DNA of 64,000 nt from Candidatus Omnitrophota bacterium (GCA_049643885.1 JBARQV010000006.1:19234-83233), one strand, 5' to 3'. Positions 9,795-21,527 are shown, counted from the stretch's first letter. The notes: a model not told the origin generated them from the letters alone. Program-made: numbers and translations.

Positions 9795-10746
9795 GAACGA
9801 ATCCCCTCTCAATGATCCCGTGGTTGCCATAGGCATATTTGACGGCATCCACATAGGGCACAAACGCCTTATCAAGAGGCTCATGAACTATCCCGGCCGC
9901 GGCAGGGACAAAGTAGTGGTGACGTTCGATCCTCATCCCGAGACCATTCTCAGGCCGAAAAAGACGCCTCCCAGGATAATGTCACTTGATCACCGTCTGT
10001 CCATATTCGGGAAGATGGGCCTGGATGCGGCGGTAATAATCCATTTCTCCCATTTCATCGCTTCCATGACCCCTGAAGAGTTCATACAGAAAGTCATTAT
10101 CCAGGGGTTGGGGGCCAGGACGATCTATGTAGGAGGGAATTTCCACTTTGGACACGGAGGATCCGGGAACATTGAAATGTTCAGGATGATCGGCAAGGAA
10201 TACGGTCTTGAGGTCCACACCGTTCCGCCGGTAAAAAAAAGCGGTAAAATAGTAAGCAGCACCTGGTTAAGGAAACTTATTACCAGGGGAGACCTGAAGA
10301 AGGCCGAAACTCTTTTGAGGCGTCCCGTGTCTGTTCTGGGGACGGTTGTAAAAGGGGATGAACGCGGGAGGGCGATAGGCATACCGACTGCTAATATAGA
10401 CCCCCACCAGGAGGTAATTCCGCCGCCGGGGGTTTACGCGGTAAAAGCCGACATTGAGGGCAAAATGTATGACGGTTTGATGAATATCGGATTCAGGCCT
10501 ACGTTTTACGGCAGGAAGCCCCTGAAAAGAAAAGAGCCGCATATAGAAGTACATGTGTTCGATCTTAACAGGGATCTATACGGCAGTCCAATGGAGATAT
10601 TCTTCATAAAGAAATTGAGGAAAGAGAGAAAGTTCAGAAAAGCCGAAGATCTTGTAAGGCAGATAAACAAGGACGCGGAACTTGCCAGGAAATTCCTTAG
10701 CTGTAATAAAGTGCTGCACAGGATCAGAAAATATAAGCCCGCTTGA
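9772..10746 (+). CDS. ribF: bifunctional riboflavin kinase / FMN adenylyltransferase
   Basis: FAD-synthetase N-terminal domain (GIFDGIHIGH), riboflavin-kinase C-terminal domain. Confidence 0.85.
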   Translation: MKVLYGYKNESPLNDPVVAIGIFDGIHIGHKRLIKRLMNYPGRGRDKVVVTFDPHPETILRPKKTPPRIMSLDHRLSIFGKMGLDAAVIIHFSHFIASMTPEEFIQKVIIQGLGARTIYVGGNFHFGHGGSGNIEMFRMIGKEYGLEVHTVPPVKKSGKIVSSTWLRKLITRGDLKKAETLLRRPVSVLGTVVKGDERGRAIGIPTANIDPHQEVIPPPGVYAVKADIEGKMYDGLMNIGFRPTFYGRKPLKRKEPHIEVHVFDLNRDLYGSPMEIFFIKKLRKERKFRKAEDLVRQINKDAELARKFLSCNKVLHRIRKYKPA

Positions 10747-10843
10747 GTAAATCTTATTTACAAATAATAGTTTATATGCTAACATAATTATCCGTAAGTG
10801 TTTAAAAATGTTAGAAAGAATGTAATTGAGGAGGTGAAAAGCC

Positions 10844-11113
10844 GTGTCTCTCGTTAAAGAGAAAAAACAGGAGGTTATTGGTAAATTCAAGAAGCACGAT
10901 ACCGATACAGGTTCTCCTGAGGTGCAGATAGCCCTTTTGACCGAGCGGATAACCCAGCTCGCAGAGCACTTCAAGAAGCACAAAAAGGATAATCATTCCA
11001 GGAGGGGACTGTTAAAAATGGTCAACTCCAGAAGAAAGCTTCTTGCTTACCTGAAGTCGATTGACAGGGAGAAGTACAGCCAGGTTATCGACAGCCTTGG
11101 TTTGAGGAAATAA
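10844..11113 (+). CDS. rpsO: 30S ribosomal protein S15 (GTG start)
   Basis: 89 aa, [15 protein letters not shown] signature. RBS GGAGG upstream. Confidence 0.9.
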   Translation: MSLVKEKKQEVIGKFKKHDTDTGSPEVQIALLTERITQLAEHFKKHKKDNHSRRGLLKMVNSRRKLLAYLKSIDREKYSQVIDSLGLRK

Positions 11114-11175
11114 CGTGTATTTCTCCAAACGTGTTAACCAGTTGTCAAAATAACTCTACACAGAAAAGGATGTAA

Positions 11176-13263
11176 ATGGAAAAGATAAGCGTAAAAATCG
11201 GTCGTGAAGAATTAATCATAGAAACAGGTAAACTTGCGAAACAGGCAGACGGTTCAGTGACCGTTAGGTACGGCGGAACGATGGTTCTGGTGGCCTGCGT
11301 ATGTTCGCGGGAATCAAAAGAGGGCCTGGGATTCTTCCCCCTCACTGTTGAATACCAGGAAAAGACATTTGCCGCGGGCAAGATACCGGGCGGCTTCTTT
11401 AAAAGAGAGGGGCGTCCTTCAGAGAAGGCGATATTGACTGCCAGGATGATAGACCGGCCGATCAGGCCTCTTTTTCCTTCAGGCATGACTAACGAAGTCC
11501 AGGTCATCGCCACGGTCCTTTCATCCGACGGCGAGAACGATTCCGACATACTGGCGCTTATCGGCGCTTCAGCGGCGCTTACCATATCAGACATTCCTTT
11601 CAATGGGCCCATAGGCGGTTTGCGTGTAGGAATGGTCGGCGGCGAATTCGTGATAAATCCGACTTTCAAGGAAGTAGACGAAAGCGAACTGGATTTGGTC
11701 GTCGTGGCTAACGAGAAAAGCGTGATAATGCTTGAAAGCGGGTCAAACAAGATCAGCGAGGAAAAGATGATGGAAGCCATAAAATTCGGCCATGAGAACA
11801 TGAAACCCCTCATCGATATCCAGAAGCAGTTGATAGAGAAAGTAGGCAAAAAGAAAAGAGAAGATGTCACGATCGCGGAAGTCAATGAAGAGCTGTATAA
11901 GAAGCTTAAGGAGAAGACGTCGGGCGAACTAATAAGAATTCTTCAATTGCCGGCAAAACAGCAGCGCGTGGAAGCACTGGACCTTCTCGAAAAGAAACTG
12001 ATCGAAGAGGAAGGCGGAGAGGAACCCGAAGAGATAGAAGCTGATGTAAAGACGGTGCTTGCCAAAGTCGAAAAAGAAGCAGTAAGGGATTTTGTCCTGA
12101 AAAACAAGAAAAGGATAGACGGAAGGAAATTTGATGAAATAAGGGCTCTTTATTCCGAGGTGAACCTCCTTCCCCGCACCCACGGTTCGGGCTTATTTAC
12201 CCGCGGGGAGACTCAGGCCCTTGCGGTCACCACCCTTGGAACGAGTTCCGATGAACAGATCATTGACGCTCTTGAAGGGGAATCGATGAAGACGTTCATG
12301 CTGCACTACAACTTTCCGCCTTTTAGCGTGGGAGAGACCAGGCCGATGAGAGGTCCCGGCAGGAGGGAGATAGGCCATGGTGCTCTCGCCGCGAAAGCCC
12401 TGAAACCGGTTCTTCCTTCAAACGAAGAATTCCCTTACACCGTGAGAGTTGTCTCTGAGATACTTGAATCCAACGGTTCAAGTTCGATGGCTACTGTGTG
12501 CGCCAGCTCGCTTTCCCTGATGGCGACGGGTGTTCCCGTTAAGGACGCGGTTTCGGGTATCGCCATGGGGCTTATCACGGAAGGCGATGATTATGCGATC
12601 CTTACTGATATAGCCGGAGCGGAAGATTATTTCGGCGATATGGATTTCAAGGTCGCGGGGACCAAAGACGGCATCACGGCGGTCCAGATGGACCTGAAGA
12701 TCGAAGGCATAAGTTATGACATACTCAAAGATGCTTTCGAGAAAGCAAAAAAGGCGCGCTTTGAGATATTGGAACACATGAACAAGACGATATCCGAACC
12801 GCAGAAAGAGCTCGCTCCTACGGCGCCTAGGATCGTCAGTATCAAGGTAAAAGTAGACAAGATCAGGGAAGTCATCGGGCCCGGGGGCAAAGTCATACGG
12901 GGGATAATCGCGGAAACCGGAGCGGATATCAATATCGAAGACGACGGCACGTGTCAGATAGCCTCGTCGGATAAGGCATCCCTGGATAGAGCGGTCGAAA
13001 TAATCCAAGGCATCCTTGCCGAGCCCGAGGTCGGCAAGGTGTATGATGGTAAGATAACAAAACTTATGCCTTTCGGGGCCTTCTGCGAATATTTACCCAA
13101 TCAGGAAGGTCTCATACATATATCAGAACTTTCGGACAAGTATGTAAAAGAAGCATCAGACGTGGTCAAAGAAGGGCAGAAGGTCAAAGTCAAGCTGATC
13201 GGTATCGACGACCAGGGCCGCGTCAAGTTGAGCATTAAACAAGTTGAAGAAAATAAGAGTTAA
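11176..13263 (+). CDS. pnp: polynucleotide phosphorylase
   Basis: Two RNase PH domains plus KH and S1. 695 aa. Confidence 0.95.
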   Translation: MEKISVKIGREELIIETGKLAKQADGSVTVRYGGTMVLVACVCSRESKEGLGFFPLTVEYQEKTFAAGKIPGGFFKREGRPSEKAILTARMIDRPIRPLFPSGMTNEVQVIATVLSSDGENDSDILALIGASAALTISDIPFNGPIGGLRVGMVGGEFVINPTFKEVDESELDLVVVANEKSVIMLESGSNKISEEKMMEAIKFGHENMKPLIDIQKQLIEKVGKKKREDVTIAEVNEELYKKLKEKTSGELIRILQLPAKQQRVEALDLLEKKLIEEEGGEEPEEIEADVKTVLAKVEKEAVRDFVLKNKKRIDGRKFDEIRALYSEVNLLPRTHGSGLFTRGETQALAVTTLGTSSDEQIIDALEGESMKTFMLHYNFPPFSVGETRPMRGPGRREIGHGALAAKALKPVLPSNEEFPYTVRVVSEILESNGSSSMATVCASSLSLMATGVPVKDAVSGIAMGLITEGDDYAILTDIAGAEDYFGDMDFKVAGTKDGITAVQMDLKIEGISYDILKDAFEKAKKARFEILEHMNKTISEPQKELAPTAPRIVSIKVKVDKIREVIGPGGKVIRGIIAETGADINIEDDGTCQIASSDKASLDRAVEIIQGILAEPEVGKVYDGKITKLMPFGAFCEYLPNQEGLIHISELSDKYVKEASDVVKEGQKVKVKLIGIDDQGRVKLSIKQVEENKS

Positions 13264-13693
13264 TATAAAACGCAAGGAAAGCGCGAAGGACCTGCCGATT
13301 CCGACCTACGCCACAGAAGGTTCAAGTGGTGTTGACCTGTTCGCTGATGTCAATGAAAACATCATCCTGTCACCCGGCGATATAAAGCTGATTTCATGCG
13401 GTATATACATAGAACTCCCGACGGGGTATGAGGCGCAGATCAGGCCCCGGAGCGGCCTGGCCCTGAAACACGGTATAAGCTTTGTCAATACTCCCGGGAC
13501 GATCGACAGCGATTACCGCGGTTTGATAAGTCTCATTGTCATAAATCTGGGCAAAGAACATTTTACGATCAATAGGGGATTCAAACTCGCCCAGATGGTC
13601 ATAAAGGAAGTTACGCGGGCGGAATTCGTGGAAGTAGAAGAGCTTGATGAGACCGCCCGGGCTTACGGCGGTTTTGGACATACGGGCGTATGA
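13244..13693 (+). CDS. dut: dUTP diphosphatase (apparent TTG start overlapping the pnp 3' end)
   Basis: dUTPase motifs ([20 protein letters not shown]). There is no in-frame ATG, so the start is uncertain. Confidence 0.8.
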   Translation: MKKIRVNIKRKESAKDLPIPTYATEGSSGVDLFADVNENIILSPGDIKLISCGIYIELPTGYEAQIRPRSGLALKHGISFVNTPGTIDSDYRGLISLIVINLGKEHFTINRGFKLAQMVIKEVTRAEFVEVEELDETARAYGGFGHTGV

Positions 13694-14463
13694 CGATAAC
13701 TGAAGCTTTGATAGCAGGGGTTGTTCAGGGGCTGACGGAATTTTTGCCTGTTTCAAGCTCGGGACACCTTGTCCTGGTTCACAGGTTTTTCGGTTTGACC
13801 GAATCGAACATATTCTTTGACATATGTCTTCACGTGGGGACGTTAATAGCCATCCTTTTATACCTGGGCAGGTATATTTTTTCCCTGGTCCGGGAAAAAA
13901 GATTTGACTGGCTGCTTTACATCGCCGTCGGCACCGTTCCGGCGGTGATCGTCGCGCTGCTTTTCGAAAAGAAGATATCTCTTGTGTTCCTGAGCCCGAA
14001 AAAAGTGGCGTTCATGTTCATCATAACGGCCCTTGCGCTTTTTCTTGGGCAGTTCTGCCAGGTGAAAAGCGTGCGGGTCGCGAAAGGTCCGACGGCTTTG
14101 ACATCCCTGCTGGTGGGGATATGTCAGGCTTTCGCGCTTCTGCCGGGCATATCCAGGAGCGGCATGACCATTTCAGCCGGGCTTCTGGGAAAGATGGATG
14201 CCGAGAACTCTTTCAGGTTCTCTTTTTTACTGGCCGTCCCGGCGATCATCGGGGCCTTGCTGTACAAAGCTTTGAAGATAGATCTTAGCGCGGTCGTGCT
14301 TGGTGATCTGGGCAGTTATGTTGCCGGGATGACGGCGGCATTTGCCATAGGCCTACTGAGTCTGGTATTCTTATGGAGAGTGCTTAGGACGAAACGCCTG
14401 TTCATTTTCGGCATATATTGCCTGTTATTAGGCGTTGTCGGAATAATATTCTGGGAATGGTAG
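13690..14463 (+). CDS. uppP: undecaprenyl-diphosphate phosphatase
   Basis: BacA/UppP family ([13 protein letters not shown]). Multi-TM. Confidence 0.85.
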   Translation: MTITEALIAGVVQGLTEFLPVSSSGHLVLVHRFFGLTESNIFFDICLHVGTLIAILLYLGRYIFSLVREKRFDWLLYIAVGTVPAVIVALLFEKKISLVFLSPKKVAFMFIITALALFLGQFCQVKSVRVAKGPTALTSLLVGICQAFALLPGISRSGMTISAGLLGKMDAENSFRFSFLLAVPAIIGALLYKALKIDLSAVVLGDLGSYVAGMTAAFAIGLLSLVFLWRVLRTKRLFIFGIYCLLLGVVGIIFWEW

Positions 14464-16721
14464 ATACTGTTATGGACGATAGCAGGAAGAATGAAATAGT
14501 AGCGGTAGTATTATTTGCTGCCGGTCTTTTTCTATTTTTGAGCCTTTTCACGTTCAGTGATCAGGATCTTTCTTTTTATACCAGCCAGCCCAATGTTCCC
14601 GCTCAGAACGTGACCGGTATTTTCGGTTCATACGTGGGCGGCATCCTTCTTTTCCTTGTAGGAAAGGCCGCCTATGTCTTTCCTTTGCTTGTCCTGGTAT
14701 GGGGCATTTCAAGACTTATACAGCTGGAGCCCCGCAAGATGTTTTTCAAGGTCTTCGGCACGATATTCCTTGTCACCGCGGTAAGCGCCAGTTTGAGCAT
14801 GGTTTCCGATTTCGGCAGGCTCGATTCCTTTGCCCAGGGTGGCCTTGTTGGGTCGGTTGTTTCGGATTTTCTTGTCACGTATCTGGGGAACGTCGGCGCC
14901 ACTGTTTTCATTATCGCCATGATAATCCTATCCTTGCTCGTGGCGACGGAGTTTTTGATATTGCCCATGGTCGTGGGCGTGTATAAATTTTTTGCCGGGC
15001 TTTTTTCGAAAACAAGAACGGGAGTTGCCGCTAAGGTCGGTCCGATCACCCATCCAAGAGCAGAAAGAGAAAACAAGCTGAAAGCCGCTAAAAAGGAAAT
15101 AGCCAAAAAGCTGGAAGCGATGAAGAAACAGGTCGAAGAAGTCCGGAAGACATCCTTGGCCAGGAAGCCGGCGCAAGAAGCTAAAGCAGGAAGATATGGA
15201 GAGCCTAGAATAATCACGCCTTCCGAACCTGCCATGGCGGCGGCGAAACCCGCCAGGGTCGCGGCTTTATCCGATAGTTCGACGGGCAAGAAACTCGAAT
15301 ATAAGCTGCCCTCTATCGACGTATTGAAGAAATCGCAGAAAAGCGGAGAAAAGGCAAGATCCGAGGACTTGAAAACAAAAGCCGCGATCTTAGAGTCCAC
15401 GCTTGCTGAGTTTGGAGTGGAAGCGAAGGTAGTGAAGATAAACAGGGGGCCGGTCATCACGATGTTCGAGCTTGAACCCGCGATCGGGACCAAAGTGAAC
15501 AAGATAACTTCGCTTGGCGACAATCTTTCGCTGGCGATGAAGTCGGCTAACATAAGAATAGTAGCCCCGCTTCCCGGGAAAGGGACGATAGGCATCGAGG
15601 TGCCGAATGAAAAAAGCGAGCTGGTCTTGTTACGCGACATTCTCGAGACGGAAGAATATAACGAAGAGGAATCACCGCTGAAGATAGCCCTGGGGAAAGA
15701 TATTGAAGGCGCCCCGATAGTTACGGACCTGGCGAAGATGCCGCATTTGCTGGTAGCCGGAGCTACCGGTTCGGGGAAGACCGTTTGTCTTAACGGCATT
15801 ATTACAAGCCTCCTGTTCAACTCCTCTCCTGAAGAGTTAAAATTCCTGATGGTGGATCCAAAACGCGTCGAGCTTATGATGTTTCAGGAGATCCCGCATC
15901 TTGTATCTCCCATTGTCACCAATCCGAAGAAAGTTGCCGCGGCTTTGGATTGGGTAGTCAAGGAGATGGAACGGAGGTACGAGATATTCGCGGGAAAAGG
16001 CGTCAGGAACATAACGCTTTACAAGGAAAAAGCCGGTGAAGATTGGGAAAACCTTCCCTTTATCGTGGTGATTGTGGATGAGCTCGCGGATCTCATGGTC
16101 ATAGCCCAGCAGGAGATCGAGGGGGCTATAATGAGGATCGCCCAGCTGTCGAGGGCCGCGGGGATACACATGATCCTTGCGACCCAAAGGCCGTCCGTAA
16201 ACGTTATAACCGGCGTGATCAAGGCGAATTTCCCGGCCAGGATATCGTTCAAAGTCGCGTCAAAAGTCGACTCGAGGACCGTTCTTGATGCGAACGGGGC
16301 GGAAAAACTCCTCGGCAGGGGCGATATGCTGTTCATGGAACCAGGGGAAACGGACATTATCCGCGGCCAGTGCAGTCTGGTCGAAGATAGCGAAATAAAA
16401 AATATGGTGAAAACCATTAAAGCCCAGACAGGCCCGCAATATGTAAAAGAGGTTCTTGAAACGCAGGAAAAGAGAATAAGCGGCGGGGTCGAGCAGGAAA
16501 AAGATGAGTTATACAGGCAGGCAGTGGAGCTGGTCATCCAGACCCGCCAGGCGTCGGTTTCGATGATACAGCGCAGGTTACGGGTAGGTTATACCAGGGC
16601 GGCCAGGATGATAGACATCATGGAAGAAGAAGGCATCGTCGGGCCTTATAATGGCGCGAAGCCGAGGGAGATTTTAATAGATGGTCTTGAAGGGATCGGA
16701 CTGGAAGAGGAAGGACAATGA
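14457..16721 (+). CDS. ftsK: DNA translocase FtsK (start chosen at an internal ATG; the ORF opens at 14418)
   Basis: N-terminal TM segments, Walker A (GATGSGKT) and Walker B motifs, C-terminal gamma wHTH. Confidence 0.85.
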   Translation: MVDTVMDDSRKNEIVAVVLFAAGLFLFLSLFTFSDQDLSFYTSQPNVPAQNVTGIFGSYVGGILLFLVGKAAYVFPLLVLVWGISRLIQLEPRKMFFKVFGTIFLVTAVSASLSMVSDFGRLDSFAQGGLVGSVVSDFLVTYLGNVGATVFIIAMIILSLLVATEFLILPMVVGVYKFFAGLFSKTRTGVAAKVGPITHPRAERENKLKAAKKEIAKKLEAMKKQVEEVRKTSLARKPAQEAKAGRYGEPRIITPSEPAMAAAKPARVAALSDSSTGKKLEYKLPSIDVLKKSQKSGEKARSEDLKTKAAILESTLAEFGVEAKVVKINRGPVITMFELEPAIGTKVNKITSLGDNLSLAMKSANIRIVAPLPGKGTIGIEVPNEKSELVLLRDILETEEYNEEESPLKIALGKDIEGAPIVTDLAKMPHLLVAGATGSGKTVCLNGIITSLLFNSSPEELKFLMVDPKRVELMMFQEIPHLVSPIVTNPKKVAAALDWVVKEMERRYEIFAGKGVRNITLYKEKAGEDWENLPFIVVIVDELADLMVIAQQEIEGAIMRIAQLSRAAGIHMILATQRPSVNVITGVIKANFPARISFKVASKVDSRTVLDANGAEKLLGRGDMLFMEPGETDIIRGQCSLVEDSEIKNMVKTIKAQTGPQYVKEVLETQEKRISGGVEQEKDELYRQAVELVIQTRQASVSMIQRRLRVGYTRAARMIDIMEEEGIVGPYNGAKPREILIDGLEGIGLEEEGQ

Positions 16722-17542
16722 ATATCACTGAAGCGCAGGAAATAGGAAAGATCTTTAGGGATGCCCGCAAAAAGAAGGGCATGAGCATCGAAGAAGCGAC
16801 CCGCCGTTCACGTATCCACATGAATGTTATTGACGATATCGAGAACGGGGTCTTTAACAGGCTCGGGAAACTGTATATAAAAAGCTTTTTAAAAAAATAC
16901 GCGGAATTTCTTGATTTGGACACAGAAAAGATTTTGGAAAAGTATGAAACTGTTGCTGCGGAATATCCAACGATAGAGTTTGACCCGGATATCCAGCAGA
17001 AAGAAGAAAGAAAGAGGCTCCCGAAAAAGTCTTCCTTCGTTATCAGTGAAAAGATGATACAGGGCATGGTCGCGGGCGTCCTCTCCCTGGCCCTTATAAG
17101 CCTGGTTTTTGTTCTTGTAGGGAGGATAAAGACGAAGGTATCGTCTCGCGGGAAGACTGAGACAATGATGGCTGCCCGTGAAAAAAAGGTCCCGGTCTCC
17201 GCGGAAGCGCGGAAACCCGCTTCCCCGGTGCCGCCCAAGAAAGAGGAAGTGAAGGCTCCCCCGAAAAGTTCACAGGTAAAACTGACATTGACCGCTCGGG
17301 GGGAAGCGTGGGTAAAAGTCATGAAGGGTGACGAGACTTTATACGTCGGTGTCATCCGGAAAGGCAGCAGCAAGAGCTGGACGTCGGACACGCCCTTGAC
17401 CATATGGACCGGAAGAGGGGAGATGCTGGATTTTACGGTGAATAATCAGAGGATAGGAAAAGTTGCCGAGGGCGTGGTCAAGAATATAAAAGTCTCGAAT
17501 GCGGGAGTCACTATAGACGATAATTGGGTCACACGGTTCTAG
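16718..17542 (+). CDS. rodZ: RodZ-like cytoskeleton protein (N-terminal HTH, TM, C-terminal DUF4115)
   Basis: XRE-type HTH at the N-terminus, a single TM, and a C-terminal beta-rich domain. Confidence 0.6.
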   Translation: MNITEAQEIGKIFRDARKKKGMSIEEATRRSRIHMNVIDDIENGVFNRLGKLYIKSFLKKYAEFLDLDTEKILEKYETVAAEYPTIEFDPDIQQKEERKRLPKKSSFVISEKMIQGMVAGVLSLALISLVFVLVGRIKTKVSSRGKTETMMAAREKKVPVSAEARKPASPVPPKKEEVKAPPKSSQVKLTLTARGEAWVKVMKGDETLYVGVIRKGSSKSWTSDTPLTIWTGRGEMLDFTVNNQRIGKVAEGVVKNIKVSNAGVTIDDNWVTRF

Positions 17543-17602
17543 AAATAAGATCCCAAATCACAAATTACAGATCACAAGCAAATCCCAAATCAGAAATCCC
17601 AG

Positions 17603-18934
17603 ATGAAAAAGATATATCTCCTGAGCCTTGGTTGTCCGCGCAATCTTGTGGACAGCGAAGTCTTACAGGGCCTTCTTGAGAAAAAAGGCTTTGCCGTGCA
17701 GGATGATCCGGACGGCGCTGACCTGGCCATTGTCAATACCTGTGGATTTATCGAGGACGCGAAAAAAGAATCGATAGATCTCATCCTCCAACTGGCCGGG
17801 CTGAAAAAGGAAGGGAAGGTAGGCAGGCTTGTAGTAACAGGCTGTCTTTCGCAGAGGTATCCCGGGGAATTAATGAAAGAGGTCAAGGAGATCGACGCCG
17901 TGTTCGGGAGCTCCGATTTTATCAGGATCCCCGATATGATATCCGCTATCCTTGCCGGAAAAAGGGTAAGGGAAGTGTCGCCCGCGCCGGATTTCCTGTA
18001 TGACCATCTCCACGAGAGGAAACTTCTCACCCCGTCCCATTACGCGTATATAAAGATACAGGAAGGATGTTCCAACAAATGTTCATACTGCGTGATACCT
18101 GAATTGAAAGGCCCCAGGCGCAGCCGGACGATAGATTCCGTCGTCCGGGAAACGGAGCGTCTCAGGGACGAATATGATATCAAAGAAGCCGTTCTCATAG
18201 GCCAGGACACGACTTCTTTCGGGATAGACCGGTCGGGCAAGCCGGAGCTGGCGGAACTACTTAAAAAGGTAAGTCCCGTGATGGGAGAGGGCTGGGTAAG
18301 ATTACTTTATACGCATCCTGTTCATTTTACGGATGAACTTATAGGGACGATCGCCTCCGCGGACAACATCTGTAAATATATTGATTTGCCTGTCCAGCAT
18401 GCCAATGATAAGATATTACAGGAGATGAACCGCAGGGTGACAAAAAGTGAAACCCTTGACCTTATCTCGAAAATAAGAAGGAATATAAAAGACGTCACCC
18501 TCAGGACATCGGTGATCGTCGGTTTCCCCGGTGAGACTGAAGAAGACTTTGAAGAGCTTATCAGGTTTTTGGAAGAAGTCAGGTTCGAAAGGCTTGGAGC
18601 CTTTGTTTATTCGCCGGAAGAGGGGACAGAGGCCGTGAAATTTGACGGCCAGGTGCCGGATGAACAGAAAAGAGAAAGGTTTGACAGGGTCATGAGGCTT
18701 CAGCAGGAATTATCCCGCGACAACAACCTGAAATACCTGGACAAGGTATTCAGGGCGCTGGTGGACGAGGAAGACCCTTCTGAACTGGGGCTTTTTACGG
18801 GCAGGACCATGATGGACGCGCCTGAAGTCGATGGCGTGGTATATGTCCGGGGGAAAGACCTCAAGGCGGGAGAATTCGCTGATATAAAGATAACCGGTTC
18901 AATGGAATACGATCTTCTGGGGGAAACCGTATGA
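17603..18934 (+). CDS. rimO: ribosomal protein S12 methylthiotransferase
   Basis: MTTase N-terminal domain, radical SAM CxxxCxxC (CSNKCSYC), C-terminal TRAM. The LSLGCPRN start is typical of RimO. Confidence 0.85.
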   Translation: MKKIYLLSLGCPRNLVDSEVLQGLLEKKGFAVQDDPDGADLAIVNTCGFIEDAKKESIDLILQLAGLKKEGKVGRLVVTGCLSQRYPGELMKEVKEIDAVFGSSDFIRIPDMISAILAGKRVREVSPAPDFLYDHLHERKLLTPSHYAYIKIQEGCSNKCSYCVIPELKGPRRSRTIDSVVRETERLRDEYDIKEAVLIGQDTTSFGIDRSGKPELAELLKKVSPVMGEGWVRLLYTHPVHFTDELIGTIASADNICKYIDLPVQHANDKILQEMNRRVTKSETLDLISKIRRNIKDVTLRTSVIVGFPGETEEDFEELIRFLEEVRFERLGAFVYSPEEGTEAVKFDGQVPDEQKRERFDRVMRLQQELSRDNNLKYLDKVFRALVDEEDPSELGLFTGRTMMDAPEVDGVVYVRGKDLKAGEFADIKITGSMEYDLLGETV

Positions 18935-19524
18935 ATCTACCGAACAAAATAACCCTCATCAGGATAGCTCTTGTATTTATTTTCATGCTTTTTCTCTTCA
19001 TGAAGGGGCTGACGTTCAAGATATTGGCCCTGGCTACGTTTATGCTCGCCGCTTTTAGTGATTACCTGGACGGTTTTATTGCCAAAAGGTACGGGATAGT
19101 TTCTGATTTCGGCAAACTGATGGACCCTATCGCGGATAAGATCCTGACACTTGCCGCTTTCCTGGCATTCGTTGAAATGAAGCTTATTCCCGCCTGGATG
19201 GTCGTTATCATATTGATGAGGGAATTGATAATAACCGGTATCAGGCTCTTTGCGCTTGCGAAAGGAGAGGTTTTACCGGCAAGCCTTGCGGGTAAACAGA
19301 AAACCGTATCCCAGATGGTTTCAATATTTGTCATCCTGGTCTTTATCATATTCAGGGAGGCAGGCGTAAGAATATTCGGGTTCTGGAGCCCTCCTTTTGA
19401 ATACTGGTACAAGCAGCTCATCTTCATACTGATGCTTGTAACGGTCGCCCTGACCATTATCAGCGGCGTTTCATATCTCATAAGGGGCAAAAAATATCTT
19501 CTGAACAATGAAAAAAGTACATGA
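18931..19524 (+). CDS. pgsA: CDP-diacylglycerol--glycerol-3-phosphate 3-phosphatidyltransferase
   Basis: CDP-alcohol phosphatidyltransferase motif (DYLDG...G...D...ADK). Confidence 0.8.
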   Translation: MNLPNKITLIRIALVFIFMLFLFMKGLTFKILALATFMLAAFSDYLDGFIAKRYGIVSDFGKLMDPIADKILTLAAFLAFVEMKLIPAWMVVIILMRELIITGIRLFALAKGEVLPASLAGKQKTVSQMVSIFVILVFIIFREAGVRIFGFWSPPFEYWYKQLIFILMLVTVALTIISGVSYLIRGKKYLLNNEKST

Positions 19525-19951
19525 ATATATAGCGACGATATTCGGCCTGGGGTATTTCCCGGTGGCTTCCGGCACGGTCGGAAGTTTCGCGGGCTTGATA
19601 GTTTGCCTGTTGTTGCATAGATACATATTCCTTTATGTAGGCGTATTTCTTGTTCTCTTTGCGGCAGGCGTTATTTCCGCGGGTAAAAAAGAAGCTGAAA
19701 CTAACCAGAAAGACCCGGCCTGCGTCATAATAGATGAATTCGCATGTATTTTTCTTGTTTTTCTGTTCATACCCCTTACGCCTTTATATATCATCGCCGG
19801 CTTTATTATTTACCGCGTGATGGATATAGTAAAACTCCCCCCAATGCGGACCATCGAAAAACTCAAAGGCGGATGGGGCATCATGCTGGATGACGCGGTC
19901 GCCGCCATATACTCCAACATCATCCTCCACATCATATCTTCTTTTATCTAA
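19508..19951 (+). CDS. pgpA: phosphatidylglycerophosphatase A
   Basis: PgpA family (GTVGS). Lies downstream of pgsA. Confidence 0.7.
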   Translation: MKKVHEYIATIFGLGYFPVASGTVGSFAGLIVCLLLHRYIFLYVGVFLVLFAAGVISAGKKEAETNQKDPACVIIDEFACIFLVFLFIPLTPLYIIAGFIIYRVMDIVKLPPMRTIEKLKGGWGIMLDDAVAAIYSNIILHIISSFI

Positions 19952-20005
19952 ATAAGATAACTGAACACAATCGAGCATTTACTCAAAAATTCACTTAAGC
20001 CCGGC

Positions 20006-20033
20006 TTGACGATATATATTTTATCATTATACT
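20006..20033 (+). promoter_or_regulatory. putative sigma70 promoter (TTGACG-16-TATACT) upstream of the excisionase-like HTH gene
   Basis: Read directly from the sequence. About 77 nt upstream of the start codon. Confidence 0.3.
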
Positions 20034-20109
20034 TACAAGCACAAGGGGCGAGAGTATATACTAATTTGTATCAACGCATACCAATTCATACCAACCCGGA
20101 GATAGTATC

Positions 20110-20295
20110 ATGGCAAGAGCGATCATGACAGTAGAAGAGCTGGCTAAATACCTGAAGATGAAAGTGGTTACTATCTATAAACACGCCCAGCAGGGCAAGC
20201 TCCCAGGCTTCAAAGTAGGCTCAAAATGGCGCTTCAAAAAAGAAACCATTGATAAGTGGATTGAGAAACAAGAAAAGAAGAAGCATGTTTTTTAG
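20110..20295 (+). CDS. excisionase-family helix-turn-helix DNA-binding protein
   Basis: 61 aa, TVEELAKYLK...IYK...GKLPGFKVGSKWRF. This is the MerR-like 'excisionase family' HTH (TIGR01764-like). Confidence 0.6.
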   Translation: MARAIMTVEELAKYLKMKVVTIYKHAQQGKLPGFKVGSKWRFKKETIDKWIEKQEKKKHVF

Positions 20296-20312
20296 AGAAG
20301 AAGGAGAAATAC

Positions 20313-21527
20313 TTGAGGATAGTCATTACTGGAGCAACGGGTCTAATAGGCCAAAACCTGCTGTTTGAAATAATCAAGCAGAATCTGCGCAATCTTCATA
20401 ACGTTCAAATAATTGTTTTGGGACGGGATAAAGATGGTAATAATATCCACAAACGCATCAAGGAGATGGTTCTCAACGAAGGTATTCCATATGTAACACG
20501 GGATAAATCAGATATTGGAGCAATTAGGGAGTATTGCCAATCCAGTATCATAAGTATTTATGCTGACTTAAGCAAGAAGAAGCTTGGTCTGAAGGATAAG
20601 GAGTACAGAGAGCTAAAGAAAACTCCCATTGATTTCTTTTTCCATTTAGCCGCGGTAACAGACCTTCGCGATATGCCAAGAATCGAACATACATTAGTAA
20701 AGGTAAATGTTGGCGGAACTAAACAAATTTTAGAACTAATATCATCATTAAAGGTGCGGGAATTTTGTTATACAGGCACCGCATATTCATGTGGCGATAT
20801 TGCAGGAAGCATTAAACCAGACTATATAAACCGTAGCAACAAATTTCGTAATCCGTATGAAAAGACAAAATTGGATGCTGAGCTTCTTGTGCGGGATTTT
20901 GCGAGAAAAACGAAAACAAGATGTAGATATTTTAGGCCATCTGTTACATGTGGCAGGCTTATAGAACAGCCCCTGGGTGCTGTGAATAAATTTGATGTTT
21001 TTTATGGATGGGCGGCATTTTTTTTCCAGGTAAAAATTAAGGAACTAGCGAATGGGAAGGATATATATGATAAACCCTTAAAGTTAGATATGAGAATACG
21101 TTACAATCTCAAGAGTGGTCTCAACATCGTGCCTGCAGATTTTGTAGCTAAAACCATGTATCAGATATGTGTGCAAAATGATTCCGACGAAAGCTATTAT
21201 TTGGTAAACAACCAAGAAACCCCTCATGGGGTTTATATACCGTTGATGCTTCAATCTTTTAATATAGCAGGCCCCAGACAAGTGGATGTCATTCCTGATG
21301 ATATGAATCATCTTGAACGCCTTTATTATAAGACCGTCGGGAAAGTATTTACGCCGTATATCACATCAGACCCTATTTTATTTGATACTAGTAACCTGAG
21401 TGACGTTTTACATAGGGCCAATCTTAAATGTCCGGTTGTGGATGAGAAAAATTTCTTGCTTCTCATGGATTACGCTAAAAAACATGATTTCGGTATTGAT
21501 AAAAATAACGAAAGTGCAGTTTTATAA
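20313..21527 (+). CDS. SDR-family NAD(P)-dependent reductase, NAD_binding_4 / thioester(acyl)-reductase-like
   Basis: ITGATGLIGQNLL Rossmann motif and YxxxK (YEKTK). Confidence 0.55.
   Translation: MRIVITGATGLIGQNLLFEIIKQNLRNLHNVQIIVLGRDKDGNNIHKRIKEMVLNEGIPYVTRDKSDIGAIREYCQSSIISIYADLSKKKLGLKDKEYRELKKTPIDFFFHLAAVTDLRDMPRIEHTLVKVNVGGTKQILELISSLKVREFCYTGTAYSCGDIAGSIKPDYINRSNKFRNPYEKTKLDAELLVRDFARKTKTRCRYFRPSVTCGRLIEQPLGAVNKFDVFYGWAAFFFQVKIKELANGKDIYDKPLKLDMRIRYNLKSGLNIVPADFVAKTMYQICVQNDSDESYYLVNNQETPHGVYIPLMLQSFNIAGPRQVDVIPDDMNHLERLYYKTVGKVFTPYITSDPILFDTSNLSDVLHRANLKCPVVDEKNFLLLMDYAKKHDFGIDKNNESAVL

Noticed and set aside
13244-13263. 20-nt overlap of dut with the pnp 3' end as a possible frameshift/fusion
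   Set aside because: The two reading frames differ and each protein is complete on its own. The overlap is most simply explained by a non-ATG (TTG) start for dut; the exact start codon remains uncertain.
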